Part shown: one piece after another, positions 1 through 10,106 of the stretch
How positions within the stretch are numbered: position 1 is the stretch's first letter
Layout of the letters: each line of letters starts with the position of its first letter
From: Candidatus Eiseniibacteriota bacterium
GTDB lineage: Bacteria > Eisenbacteria > RBG-16-71-46
Direction: 5' to 3'
Length of the DNA stretch: 64,000 nt
Assembly: GCA_963717505.1 (NCBI GenBank)
Contig: OY970342.1
Coordinates: 352,001-416,000, forward strand
The notes under the pieces: model-generated
Database searches by the model: none
What the model saw: the letters and a program-made list of their open reading frames with translations, nothing else
What the model was told of the DNA's origin: nothing
Program-made: the position numbers and the translations under genes

Positions 1-7
1 CCTCTGC

Positions 8-541
8 ATGAGCGACACGGGCGCCGCAGGCGTTCCGGTCGTTACGCTGCTCGCCGGCTTCCTGATCTGCCACGTCGTCCAGCGGCTCTCCGAGCTCTAC
101 ATTTCTTCGAGAAACACGCGGGCGTTGCTGGCCCGCGGTGCGGTCGAACACGGGCAGAGGCACTATCCCTGGATCGTCGTGATGCATGTGTTGTTCCCGA
201 TCGCGCTGACCGCCGAGGTGCTCCTGCTTCGGACGGGCCCCGGTGCGCTCGGGCTCCTTTGGCTGGCACTCTGGCTCGCGGCGCAATTGCTGCGTTGGTC
301 CACCATGCAGGCTTTAGGAGAACGTTGGACCACTCGCGTGCTCGTGCTCCCCGGGGTGCCCCTCGTGACCTCCGGCCCCTATCGGTGGCTGCGGCATCCC
401 AACTACGTCGCGGTCGTGATCGAGCTGCTGGCCGCGCCGCTCATGTTCGGAGCCTGGCGTACGGCGCTCCTGTTCTCGGCGGCCAACGCGCTGGCGTTGA
501 CAGTGCGAATTCGTTGCGAGGAGCGGGCGCTCCAGGGCTAG
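8..541 (+). CDS. Isoprenylcysteine carboxyl methyltransferase (ICMT) family membrane protein, SrsB/BpsB-like
   Basis: Hydrophobic 177 aa; motifs QRLSEL..S.RN, GAVEHG..HY, LGERWTTRV, GPYRWLRHPNY, RIRCEE are typical of type III PKS-associated ICMT proteins. Confidence 0.85.
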   Translation: MSDTGAAGVPVVTLLAGFLICHVVQRLSELYISSRNTRALLARGAVEHGQRHYPWIVVMHVLFPIALTAEVLLLRTGPGALGLLWLALWLAAQLLRWSTMQALGERWTTRVLVLPGVPLVTSGPYRWLRHPNYVAVVIELLAAPLMFGAWRTALLFSAANALALTVRIRCEERALQG

Positions 542-545
542 AATG

Positions 546-583
546 CCCCTCGTTCGGGCCCGTCAGCGGCCCGAACGAGGAGG
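546..583 (+). promoter_or_regulatory. Hairpin sequestering the Shine-Dalgarno of the NHL-repeat gene
   Basis: Perfect 13-bp inverted repeat cctcgttcgggcc (548-560) / ggcccgaacgagg (568-580); the 3' arm overlaps GAGGAGG (577-583) just upstream of ATG 588. Confidence 0.55.
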
Positions 584-587
584 TCGC

Positions 588-3365
588 ATGCACCGCATCT
601 CGAGATTCCTTTCTGCCCTCGGATTCCTGGTCGTCCTCACCCACGTGGCGACCGCCGCCACCGCGCCGACCACTCCGACGTTCGTCCTGTCGTGGGGCAA
701 CGTTGGTTCCGCGCTCACGCAGTTCATCTATCCGTTCGATGTGGCAACCGACGCACTCGGCAACCTCTACGTCGCGGACCAGCTCAACCACCGCATACAG
801 AAGTTCGATCGCCTCGGGAACTACCTGGGTCACTGGGGCTCGTTCGGTACCGGTGACGGCGAGTTCGACAACCCGTTCGGCGTGGCCATCGATGCTGCCG
901 GCAACGTGTACGTCTCGGACAATGGCAACCACCGAATGCAGAAGTTCAGCAGCACGGGCGCCTACCTCGCCCAGTGGGGTTCGTTCGGGACCGGCAACGG
1001 ACAATTGCGCTACCCCATGGCCCAGGTCATCGACGCCGCTGGCAATGTCTATGTCGTGGACCAATACAATCAACGCATCCAGAAGTTCACGGCTGCGGGG
1101 GTCTACGTCACGCAGTGGGGCACGCTGGGCAGTGGGAACGGCCAGTTCTGGAATCCGGTCGGCATCGCCCTCGACCCGGCGGGCAACGTCTACGTCGCCG
1201 ATCAGAACAACCACCGCATCCAGAAGTTCAGCCCCGCCGGCGCCTATCTCTCGCAATGGGGCTCGTTCGGCAGCGGCAACGGACAGCTCTACTTCCCGAC
1301 CGGCGTGGACATCGACGCGACCGGCAACGTCTACGTCGCCGATCGATACAACCACCGGATCCAGAAGTTCAGCGGTGCGGGCGACTACCTCACTCAGTGG
1401 GGTTCGAACGGAAGCGGCCCTGGGCAGTTCGTCGAACCCACCGGCGTGGCCGTCGACGCCGCCGCCAACGTGTACGTCGCGGACTACTACAATCATCGCA
1501 TCCAGAAGTTCAACGGCGCCGGCGCGGCCCTCTCCGAGCCGGCGGGCGCGTACCTGCTCAAGTGGGGCACGTTCGGCAGCGGCGCCGGGCAGTTCAACTA
1601 TCCCTGGGACGTGGTCCTCGACGCTGCCGACAACATCTACGTCGCCGACTACAGCAACAACCGGATCCAGAAGTTCAGCCGCACGGGCGCCTACCTCTCC
1701 CAGTGGGGCTCGCCCGGCAACGGCAACGGACAGTTCAACGCTCCCGCGCGCCTGGCCATCGACGCGGCGGGGAACATCTATGTAGCCGATCAGTACAACA
1801 ACCGCATCCAGAAGTTCAGTAGCGCCGGCACCTACATCACCCAGTGGGGCTCCTTGGGCGCCGGTGACGGACAGTTCAGCTACCCCATTGGGCTGGCCGT
1901 GGACGCCGCTGGCAACGTGTACGTTGCCGATACGTACAACAGCCGCATCCAGAAGTTCAGCGACTCCGGCACCTACCTCACCCAGTGGGGCTCGCTCGGC
2001 AGCGGCAACGGGCAGTTCAATTATCCGATCGCCATCGCGACCGACGCCGCCGGCAACGTCTACGTGGCGGACTACTTCAACCGTCGCATGCAGAAGTTCA
2101 GCAGCACAGGCGCCTACATCACACAGTGGGGCACGCCCGGCAGCGGCAACGGCGAGTTCGGCTTCCCCCGAGGTGTGACCGTCGATGCGGCCGGGAACGT
2201 CTACGTGAACGACGTCGGCAACTCCCGCATCCAGAAGTTCACCGGCGCGGGGACCTACCTCACCCAATGGGGCTCGCTCGGCAGTGGTGATGGCCAATTC
2301 AACTTTTTCACCGGCGTGAGCACCGATGCGTCGGGCAACGTCTACGTTTGCGATACCGAAAACCAACGCATCCAGAAGTTCGTGATGCCTCCAGCCATCG
2401 CCCTGGTCTCGGACGTCGGGAACGATCAGGGCCGCCAGGTTCAAGTTCGATTCTTGCGTTCCTCGGCGGACGCGCCCGGCACCGGAGTTCTGGTGACCGG
2501 ATACGAGGTCTACCGGCGTAACGATCCGCTCCCGGGAGTCGCGGCGGACGGGAAATCAGCCGAGAGTGTCGGCGCCTCGCGGCCGAACGATCCGCCGGAT
2601 GGGCTCCTGCTCGCCGGCTGGACCTATCTCATGACCGCGCCGGCCCACGGTGAGAGCGAGTACAACGTCGTGGTGCCGACGCTGGTCGACGCCACCGCCG
2701 GATCGCTCGAATACTCCGCGTTCATGGTCCGGGCTGCGTCCGGCGACCCGTTCACTTTCTATGACTCGGGCGTCGACAACGGCTTCTCGGTGGACAATCT
2801 GTCGCCGCCCGCTCCAACGCCGTTCACGGCGGCCTACGCCGCAGGCGCCACCAACCTGCATTGGGGTGTGAGCACGGCTTCCGACTTCGCCACGTTCCGG
2901 CTCTACCGCGGCGAAAGTGCCGACTTCGTTCCGGGAGCCGGCAACCTCGTTGCTGCCTCTCCCGACACGGGCTACATGGATGAGGGGCCTGCTGGGCGCT
3001 ATTACAAGCTGTCCGCCGTGGATTGGAATGGAAACGAAAGCCCGCACGTGCTGGTTGGCCCGAACACGACATTGGACGCGCCGGCCGCTCCCGCGGTGGC
3101 GTTCGCCCTCGAGGGGGCGCACCCGAACCCCGCGGTCGGCGGCCGAATGATGGTGGCGTTCGCGTTGCCATCGGACGCGCCGGCCACGATCGAGCTGATC
3201 GACCTCGCGGGCCGGCGGGTGCTGGCGCGCTCCGTGGGTTCCCTGGGTGCAGGGCGCCACACCTTGGACCTCGCAGCGGGACATAGGTTGGCGCCCGGTG
3301 TGTATCTCGTGAGGCTCACCCAGCGCCAAAACACGCGGGTCGTTCGGGTGGCGGCGATCAACTAG
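588..3365 (+). CDS. Secreted NHL-repeat protein (12 repeats, two 6-bladed beta-propellers) with C-terminal T9SS-A/FlgD-like sorting domain
   Basis: Signal peptide MHRISRFLSALGFLVVLTHVATA after SD GAGGAGG; 12 copies of a 47-aa repeat (P.GVAVD..GNVYVAD..NHRIQKF...G.YLTQWG) with a linker after repeat 6; C-terminus PNP...DLAGRRV...LAPGVYLVRL. Confidence 0.9.
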   Translation: MHRISRFLSALGFLVVLTHVATAATAPTTPTFVLSWGNVGSALTQFIYPFDVATDALGNLYVADQLNHRIQKFDRLGNYLGHWGSFGTGDGEFDNPFGVAIDAAGNVYVSDNGNHRMQKFSSTGAYLAQWGSFGTGNGQLRYPMAQVIDAAGNVYVVDQYNQRIQKFTAAGVYVTQWGTLGSGNGQFWNPVGIALDPAGNVYVADQNNHRIQKFSPAGAYLSQWGSFGSGNGQLYFPTGVDIDATGNVYVADRYNHRIQKFSGAGDYLTQWGSNGSGPGQFVEPTGVAVDAAANVYVADYYNHRIQKFNGAGAALSEPAGAYLLKWGTFGSGAGQFNYPWDVVLDAADNIYVADYSNNRIQKFSRTGAYLSQWGSPGNGNGQFNAPARLAIDAAGNIYVADQYNNRIQKFSSAGTYITQWGSLGAGDGQFSYPIGLAVDAAGNVYVADTYNSRIQKFSDSGTYLTQWGSLGSGNGQFNYPIAIATDAAGNVYVADYFNRRMQKFSSTGAYITQWGTPGSGNGEFGFPRGVTVDAAGNVYVNDVGNSRIQKFTGAGTYLTQWGSLGSGDGQFNFFTGVSTDASGNVYVCDTENQRIQKFVMPPAIALVSDVGNDQGRQVQVRFLRSSADAPGTGVLVTGYEVYRRNDPLPGVAADGKSAESVGASRPNDPPDGLLLAGWTYLMTAPAHGESEYNVVVPTLVDATAGSLEYSAFMVRAASGDPFTFYDSGVDNGFSVDNLSPPAPTPFTAAYAAGATNLHWGVSTASDFATFRLYRGESADFVPGAGNLVAASPDTGYMDEGPAGRYYKLSAVDWNGNESPHVLVGPNTTLDAPAAPAVAFALEGAHPNPAVGGRMMVAFALPSDAPATIELIDLAGRRVLARSVGSLGAGRHTLDLAAGHRLAPGVYLVRLTQRQNTRVVRVAAIN

Positions 3366-3488
3366 GCGAGAGTCCAGCCTCTCGGGAACGGCGGGGCGCT
3401 GCGATCGATCGCGCTTGCGCGTGGCGCCCCGCTTGTCGCATCTTCCAGTGTTCGCTACCACACCCACGCCCCTCTAAAGGCTGAAATC

Positions 3489-5139
<1,651 letters not shown>

Positions 5140-5168
<29 letters not shown>

Positions 5169-5703
5169 CCGCGCGTCGCATGCGCACGAAGCGCAGGGTC
5201 ACGCCGTCCGGAAGCGTGTCGAGAACTTCCTCCTCGGCGGCGAACCCGAGCGCGGCGTAGAACGGGACCCCAGGCAGCGTCGCCATCAGCTCGAGGGTCG
5301 AGAAGCCGGCCGCGCGGGCGGCGTCCTCGCAGGCCGCCAGCAGCTTGCGACCGATGCCTCGGCGCACGGCCTCGGGAGCGACGAAGAAGGCACGAATCCG
5401 CGCGGCGTCCTTCTGGGGATCCAGTTGCTCGGCAGTGCCGGTAGGTCGCTGGTCCCCGCCATACAGGTTCCGGCGGAAGCTCCACCCGCCGCAGGCGACC
5501 GGAACGTCGTTCATCTCCACGACGAAGTAGGTTCCGTCGGCGATCAAGGTCGAGTCGACGCCAAACACGTGCCGCAGCGCCGATTCGATCTCGGTGTCCG
5601 AGTAGAACCCCCGGCTCAGGCCGCGTGCCGAGCGCTCGATCAAGTCGCGCAGGACCGGAATGTCCGCGGCTAGAGCCAACCGGATCACGATCTCGTCTTT
5701 CAA
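5140..5703 (-). CDS. GNAT family N-acetyltransferase
   Basis: ACGGWS..RNLYGGD, ARIRAFFV.P...RRGIG, LMATLPGVPFY...GF motifs; TTG start chosen from SD GAGGA (ORF track extends to 5730). Confidence 0.88.
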
Positions 5704-5757
5704 AATGCGTCCTCGAGGGCTGAGAGCCACGCCTGGCTTCCGTTGCCTCCCCGAATC

Positions 5758-6441
5758 CTATGCGAAGCTGTCCGACTGGGGATCCCAGAAGTCGCCGACG
5801 AGCCCAATGCCCGCGAAGATCCGGCGGATCTCGTCGGGCTGGGGACGGCGGGAGTTCTCGTCGAGCCTGGTCGAGTACCAGGTGGTCGCGAGCTGCCAGA
5901 GCTGGCCCATGCCGACGATCGGGCGCACCGGATGTCCGTTCGCTGCGCACCACTGACGCACCCGCTCTTCCGACCGGAAGAAGAGCATGTTCCTTCAGGT
6001 GAAGACCAAGTCGTTCCACCACTGGGCGGCGGGAACCAGGCAGTGGAACAGCCAATCCGAAGGACCTGGGCCGTCGACGCCGACTTCCATCTCCAGAGGC
6101 TCGAGCGACTGCTCGCATCGCGAGCGGACGGTGCCCGCTCGACGCAGCGCCGCTGGAATGCCGAGGGCGTCCCAGGCGCAATTCGCGAAGTAGTCGACCC
6201 CGCCCGACGTGATTTTGTGCTGCGTGGGCACGCCGGAGAACGGTGGCGCCATCCGGATCGAGACGCCATCCGGCTCGAGCAGCAGCACGCGCAGCGCACG
6301 CAGCCTTCCGTAGGCTTCGACCACGGCGTCGCGAGTCGAGCCGACGCGCTCGGCGACCACCTCGGGCGTCGGCCTACGGCCGGTTTCGGCAAAGTACCGG
6401 TAGACCGCCATCTTCACCCGGACGTCGAAGTCGGCGGTCAT
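5758..6441 (-). CDS. MerB-like (organomercurial lyase family) protein with in-frame TGA at 5995-5997, probable selenocysteine (U149)
   Basis: ORFs 5995..6552 and 5758..5988 are in the same frame, separated by TGA-AGG-AAC. Joined protein has an N-terminal wHTH, PFSGVPT.H, ANCAWDALG (C88/D91), SRC, and FT-U-RNMLFFRSEE aligning with MerB SFCCHVHFF; SECIS-like hairpin follows the TGA. Confidence 0.85.
5964..5997 (-). promoter_or_regulatory. Putative bacterial SECIS element
   Basis: mRNA UGA-AGGAACAUGCUC-UUCUUCC-GGUC-GGAAGAG-C: stem with GGUC apical loop starting 19 nt after UGA, resembling the E. coli fdhF SECIS loop. Confidence 0.7.
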
Positions 6442-7133
6442 GGCACGAGCTGACGAGCCAGAGTCGCGAGGTCGGGAACCTCGAGGTCCGGCGCGGCGTC
6501 GGAGAGCGGTGTCGCTCCTTCGCCCGGTTTTCCTTGACGCCGGTTGACCCACACGGTCGACAGACCCAGACGCTTGGCGGGAGCGATGTCGTGATAGCGA
6601 CTCTGCGCGACATGAAGGATTCGGCTTCGCGGCACCGTGATGCGCTCGAAGGCACGCAGGAAATTCTTCTCGGAAGGCTTGTACGACCGCGCCTGCTGCG
6701 CAGTGACGATCCAGTCGAACTTCACACCCAGTTTGCTTGCCGAATGCTGGAACAGGTCGTCGTCGATGTTCGAGATGACCGCGAGCTTGTACCGCTTCGC
6801 GAGCGCGCGCAGCGCTTCAGCGGAGTCCGGAAACGCCGGCCAGTCGGCGACCGATTGCGCGAAGGTCTCGCGCTCGGCGCGGGTCGGCTTGAACCCGAAC
6901 TTGGCGCCCAGCCCTTCCAACACTCGGGTCAGGACCACGCGATACTCGACATAGGGCCCGGCTTCGACTTGGCTCTCGAGCCGGCCAAAGAGAACGAGCG
7001 CGGCTTCCGGCTCGACGGTGGCGCCGCAGGCGGCGGCGATCGGCAGCAGGGCGTTCAGAATCCCCTGCTCCCAGTCGATCAAGGTTCCGTAGCAGTCGAA
7101 GGTCAAGACTTCGTAGGCTGCGGGGTCGATCAT
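6438..7133 (-). CDS. Haloacid dehalogenase type II (HAD superfamily)
   Basis: LTFDCYGTLIDWE, WPAFPD, ISNIDD, SYKP, LHVAQS.YHDIAPA..LGL..VWVNR; stop overlaps the next ATG (ATGA). Confidence 0.92.
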   Translation of the reverse strand: MIDPAAYEVLTFDCYGTLIDWEQGILNALLPIAAACGATVEPEAALVLFGRLESQVEAGPYVEYRVVLTRVLEGLGAKFGFKPTRAERETFAQSVADWPAFPDSAEALRALAKRYKLAVISNIDDDLFQHSASKLGVKFDWIVTAQQARSYKPSEKNFLRAFERITVPRSRILHVAQSRYHDIAPAKRLGLSTVWVNRRQGKPGEGATPLSDAAPDLEVPDLATLARQLVP

Positions 7134-7203
7134 GCGAATGCACTGTGGTGACTTTTCCCGCCGCTGACAACCACCAGTAGAACCAGGAGCAATCTTTTCC
7201 GTC

Positions 7204-7677
7204 ATGCGCCGCCGAGTCCGCAGGATTTCGCAGAGTCTCTCGTGGATGCTCGTGCTGGCGGCCGTCGTTCCCGACGTCCGTTGGTGCGAAGCCGCCTGGG
7301 CCGATCTCCCGGTCGAATGCCTGTTGGCGAGCGAGAGCTCTGCGGCCTGCGCGGCGGCGCCGAGCGAATCCCCACCCGATGACGGCGAAACCGAGTCGAG
7401 CTGCCCGCTCGACGAGCCGATCGGTTGCGGCGGCAGCTGTCCAATCGCTCCGTTCGCCGATCGAGCCTGGTGCCCCTCGGATGCGCTGGGCGCCGAAGCT
7501 TTGCCCGGCCAGGCGCCGACCATGCCCACGCTCGATCTCGCGAGTGGCGTTCTTCCCGATGAAACGGCGCACGAGACTCCAGCGCCGGCGCGAGCACCGG
7601 ATCCAGACGGCATCCCACCGCCGCTGGACCGGCAGCCGCGCGCCCGTCCCCCGGTTCGCGCTCCTCCTCAGGTCTGA
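7204..7677 (+). CDS. Cys-rich DUF2946/CruR-like leader protein with C-terminal RAPP arrest motif
   Basis: Basic+hydrophobic N-terminus, 7 Cys, Pro-rich linker, ends ...RARPPVRAPPQV*. Confidence 0.7.
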   Translation: MRRRVRRISQSLSWMLVLAAVVPDVRWCEAAWADLPVECLLASESSAACAAAPSESPPDDGETESSCPLDEPIGCGGSCPIAPFADRAWCPSDALGAEALPGQAPTMPTLDLASGVLPDETAHETPAPARAPDPDGIPPPLDRQPRARPPVRAPPQV

Positions 7678-7749
7678 AGCAGGCGCGTCGCTTGTGACCC
7701 GCGAGGCATACCGTCTCGTCGGGCGAGTGCGTCACTTCAACCGTAGGAG
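7664..7749 (+). promoter_or_regulatory. Translational attenuator hairpin linking RAPP codons to the downstream SD
   Basis: Nested pairings CTCCT(7664-68)/AGGAG(7745-49), GGT/ACC, TGAAG(7675-79)/CTTCA(7735-39), TCGCTTG/CGGGCGA, CGAGG/TCTCG. Confidence 0.65.
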
Positions 7750-7756
7750 CTTTCCC

Positions 7757-7903
7757 ATGAAGCTGATCCTGACCTACCTCGGCCTGGTCACGGCGCTCGC
7801 GTTCGCGGCCGCCGCGACCTCGGGCAGCGCGACTGCCGGAAACACGTCGGCGGAGTCGTGTTCCGTCGCGTGCAGGCCGTGCCCGCTCCCGTGTGCGCCG
7901 TAA
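7757..7903 (+). CDS. 48-aa secreted Cys-rich microprotein (C-x3-C-x2-C-x3-C)
   Basis: SD AGGAG 7 nt upstream of ATG; MKLILTYLGLVTALAFAAAATSGSATA signal peptide then GNTSAESCSVACRPCPLPCAP; GC3-rich codons; followed by a terminator. Confidence 0.7.
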   Translation: MKLILTYLGLVTALAFAAAATSGSATAGNTSAESCSVACRPCPLPCAP

Positions 7904-7946
7904 CGGCGGGCGAGGCAAATCTGTAGTCAGTCGCTGAGCAACAGAT

Positions 7947-7983
7947 CGGCGCGGGGGCAGCTCGCCTCCGCGCCGTTTGGTTT
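7947..7983 (+). terminator. Intrinsic terminator after the microprotein
   Basis: cggcgcgggggc-agctc-gcctccgcgccg hairpin followed by tttggttt. Confidence 0.6.
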
Positions 7984-8033
7984 GCCGCACAACGCTGCCA
8001 CTGGCTCTAGATCTGGCGTGTGTATTCCCGAGC

Positions 8034-9407
8034 TCAGACCGCCGCGAAGGCCTCGAGAATGCGCGCAACGTGCCGCGCGTGCTTCAAGTACAAGTCGATC
8101 CGGATGTTCTCGTCGGGCGCGTGCGCGCGCGTGTCGGGGTGGCCGAGCCCGGCGCAGGCCACCGGCACGCCGAGGTCGTGGATGAAGCAGTGGTTGGGTC
8201 CCGAGCCGCCGATCATCGGCACGATCTGCATGGGTTGGCCGTAGATCGGGGTCGCGGTCTCGCACACCAACTTGAGGAACGGATCGTCGGGGTCGGTGCG
8301 CCCTGCAGGATTGCCGCCCAGGAACTTGATCTCGACGTCAGGGAAACCCTGCGCATCGAGATGCGCACGCAGGTTCTTCAACACTTCGGCCGGCGTCTGA
8401 TCGGGCACCAACCGGAAGTCGACCTTGGCCGACGCGCGCGCCGGCAGCACCGTCTTGGATCCTGCGCCCTGATATCCCGACGTCAATCCGCAAATTGTGC
8501 ACGTAGGCTCGAAGACTTCTGCAACGCGCAGGTCGACGCCACCGGTCAGCCCGCGCAGGAACTCCTTCACTCCATAGCGCTCGCGGTACTCGCCGGCGAC
8601 CTCCGGCAGCGCCGCCAGCAGTTCGCGGTCGCGCGCGGTCGGCGGCTTCACGGAGTCGTAGTGGCCGGGAATCCGAATGCGTTCGTCGGGTCCCTTGAGC
8701 GTGCCGAGTGCCCAGGTCAGACGCCAGGCCGCGTTCGGGAAGATCGAGCCACCGATCCCGGAGTGGACGTCGATTTTTTCGGTCACGACCGAAAGTTCGA
8801 CGTAGCAGATGCCGCGCAGCCCCGCGTACTGCATGGGCAGGTCGCGGTGGTCGACGCTGCCGAATTCCCACAAGCACGCGTCGCCCTTCAATCGCTCGCG
8901 GTTGGCGCGCACGAAATCGGGCAAGTGAACGCTGCCGACTTCCTCCTCACCCTCGACCACGAACTTGATCCGGCACGGCAGCTCGCCGCTGGTGGCGAGC
9001 AGGGCGTCGAGCGCGTGCAGGCGCGACACGAAGTGGCCCTTGTCGTCGCTGATGCCGCGGCCGAATAGCTTGCCGTCGCGGCGCGCGGGCTCGAACGGCG
9101 GCGAGGTCCATAGCTCCAAGGGCTCGGGCGGCTGAACGTCGTAGTGGTTGTAGATGAGCAGCGTGCGATCGCTCGCGCCCGCTCGTTCGGCGACCACCAC
9201 CGGATGGCCCCCGGTCGGCAGGATCTCGACCCTGAAGCCGCGCTTCTCGAGCATCGCGCCGACCAGTTTGGCGCAGGCTTCCATCCCCAGGTTCTGTGCG
9301 GCAACGCTGGGCTGCGCGACCAGGCGCGTCAGCTCGGTCAGGCTGTCCTCGAGGTGAGACTCGAGCCAGCGGTCGACGGCGGCGAGATCGATGCTCTGCG
9401 TTTTCAT
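8034..9407 (-). CDS. M20/M25/M40 family metallo-hydrolase (ArgE/DapE-like dipeptidase)
   Basis: YNHYDVQP, GRGISDDKG, EGEEEVGS, HAPDENI metal-binding motifs. Confidence 0.93.
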   Translation of the reverse strand: MKTQSIDLAAVDRWLESHLEDSLTELTRLVAQPSVAAQNLGMEACAKLVGAMLEKRGFRVEILPTGGHPVVVAERAGASDRTLLIYNHYDVQPPEPLELWTSPPFEPARRDGKLFGRGISDDKGHFVSRLHALDALLATSGELPCRIKFVVEGEEEVGSVHLPDFVRANRERLKGDACLWEFGSVDHRDLPMQYAGLRGICYVELSVVTEKIDVHSGIGGSIFPNAAWRLTWALGTLKGPDERIRIPGHYDSVKPPTARDRELLAALPEVAGEYRERYGVKEFLRGLTGGVDLRVAEVFEPTCTICGLTSGYQGAGSKTVLPARASAKVDFRLVPDQTPAEVLKNLRAHLDAQGFPDVEIKFLGGNPAGRTDPDDPFLKLVCETATPIYGQPMQIVPMIGGSGPNHCFIHDLGVPVACAGLGHPDTRAHAPDENIRIDLYLKHARHVARILEAFAAV

Positions 9408-9415
9408 GATCGTTC

Positions 9416-10003
9416 CTAGCGCGGGTAGCCGAACATGCCTTGCACCCGCAGGGTGAGGAGGTTGGAGGCCTCGTCCGAAGTCGCGATGTACTGGTACAGC
9501 AGCTCGGCGCCCCAGGCCACGTTCGGCGCGGTCAGATACTCGACGCCAACACCCGCCAGGAAACCGAGGTCGGTGGCGGACTCGTCACGCCGGCCGGCGT
9601 TCCACTCCTGGCGCGACCGGATGTTGTAGAGACCCAGGCCGCCGCGTACGAAGGGCACCACCGGATCGTCGGTCGCAATCCGGTAGCGGGCGTGAGCGAC
9701 GATCGGGATCATCTGGACCGAGAAATCCACGGGCGCGCCCTGGACCGCCGTCAGGTCTTTCTCGAAGTCGTCGTTGCCGCCGAAGCCGTGCCACGACAGC
9801 TCGCCGCCGAATCCCCACGGTCCGCGGACCACCAAGTCGGTCACGAAACCCACGTTGAAACCGGTGCTGGCGTGGTCGGCGAACGAGCCAATCGGCATGC
9901 CGACGCCGCCGTTGAAACCCATCCACATGGTGGGCTGCGACCGGGCGGCACCGGCCAGCAGGGTCGTGAGCAATAGCGTCGCGATCGCAATCCGTTTGCG
10001 CAT
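9416..10003 (-). CDS. Outer-membrane beta-barrel domain protein (OmpA-like 8-stranded)
   Basis: Signal peptide MRKRIAIATLLLTTLLAGAARS; amphipathic strands PFVRGGLGLY, GFLAGVGVEY; SD GGAG. Confidence 0.8.
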   Translation of the reverse strand: MRKRIAIATLLLTTLLAGAARSQPTMWMGFNGGVGMPIGSFADHASTGFNVGFVTDLVVRGPWGFGGELSWHGFGGNDDFEKDLTAVQGAPVDFSVQMIPIVAHARYRIATDDPVVPFVRGGLGLYNIRSRQEWNAGRRDESATDLGFLAGVGVEYLTAPNVAWGAELLYQYIATSDEASNLLTLRVQGMFGYPR

Positions 10004-10106
10004 TCCATCTCCTCGAATCGTGTGGCGAAGTCGGTCGGCCGCCGCAGGTGTCGGACCGGCAGTGCCGGACCGAGGTTCTCCGGGAACTGGTACCATACCC
10101 GCCCTC

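Noticed and set aside
700-2385. Regularly spaced DNA repeats (cagaagttca..., cagtggggc...) resembling an array
   Set aside because: In-frame coding NHL repeats of 141 bp
5758-5988. Independent 76-aa hypothetical protein, or a nonsense pseudogene of the MerB-like gene
   Set aside because: In frame with the upstream ORF; the TGA sits on the catalytic Cys position and is followed by a SECIS-like stem, so Sec recoding is more parsimonious
7142-7170. Sigma70 promoter for the HAD operon (TTGTCA-17-CACAGT, minus strand)
   Set aside because: The -10 box lacks the first conserved T; too weak to call
7379-7756. N-terminal 126 aa of ORF 7379..7903
   Set aside because: Overlaps the RAPP leader in another frame; the real start is ATG 7757, which has an SD and a signal peptide
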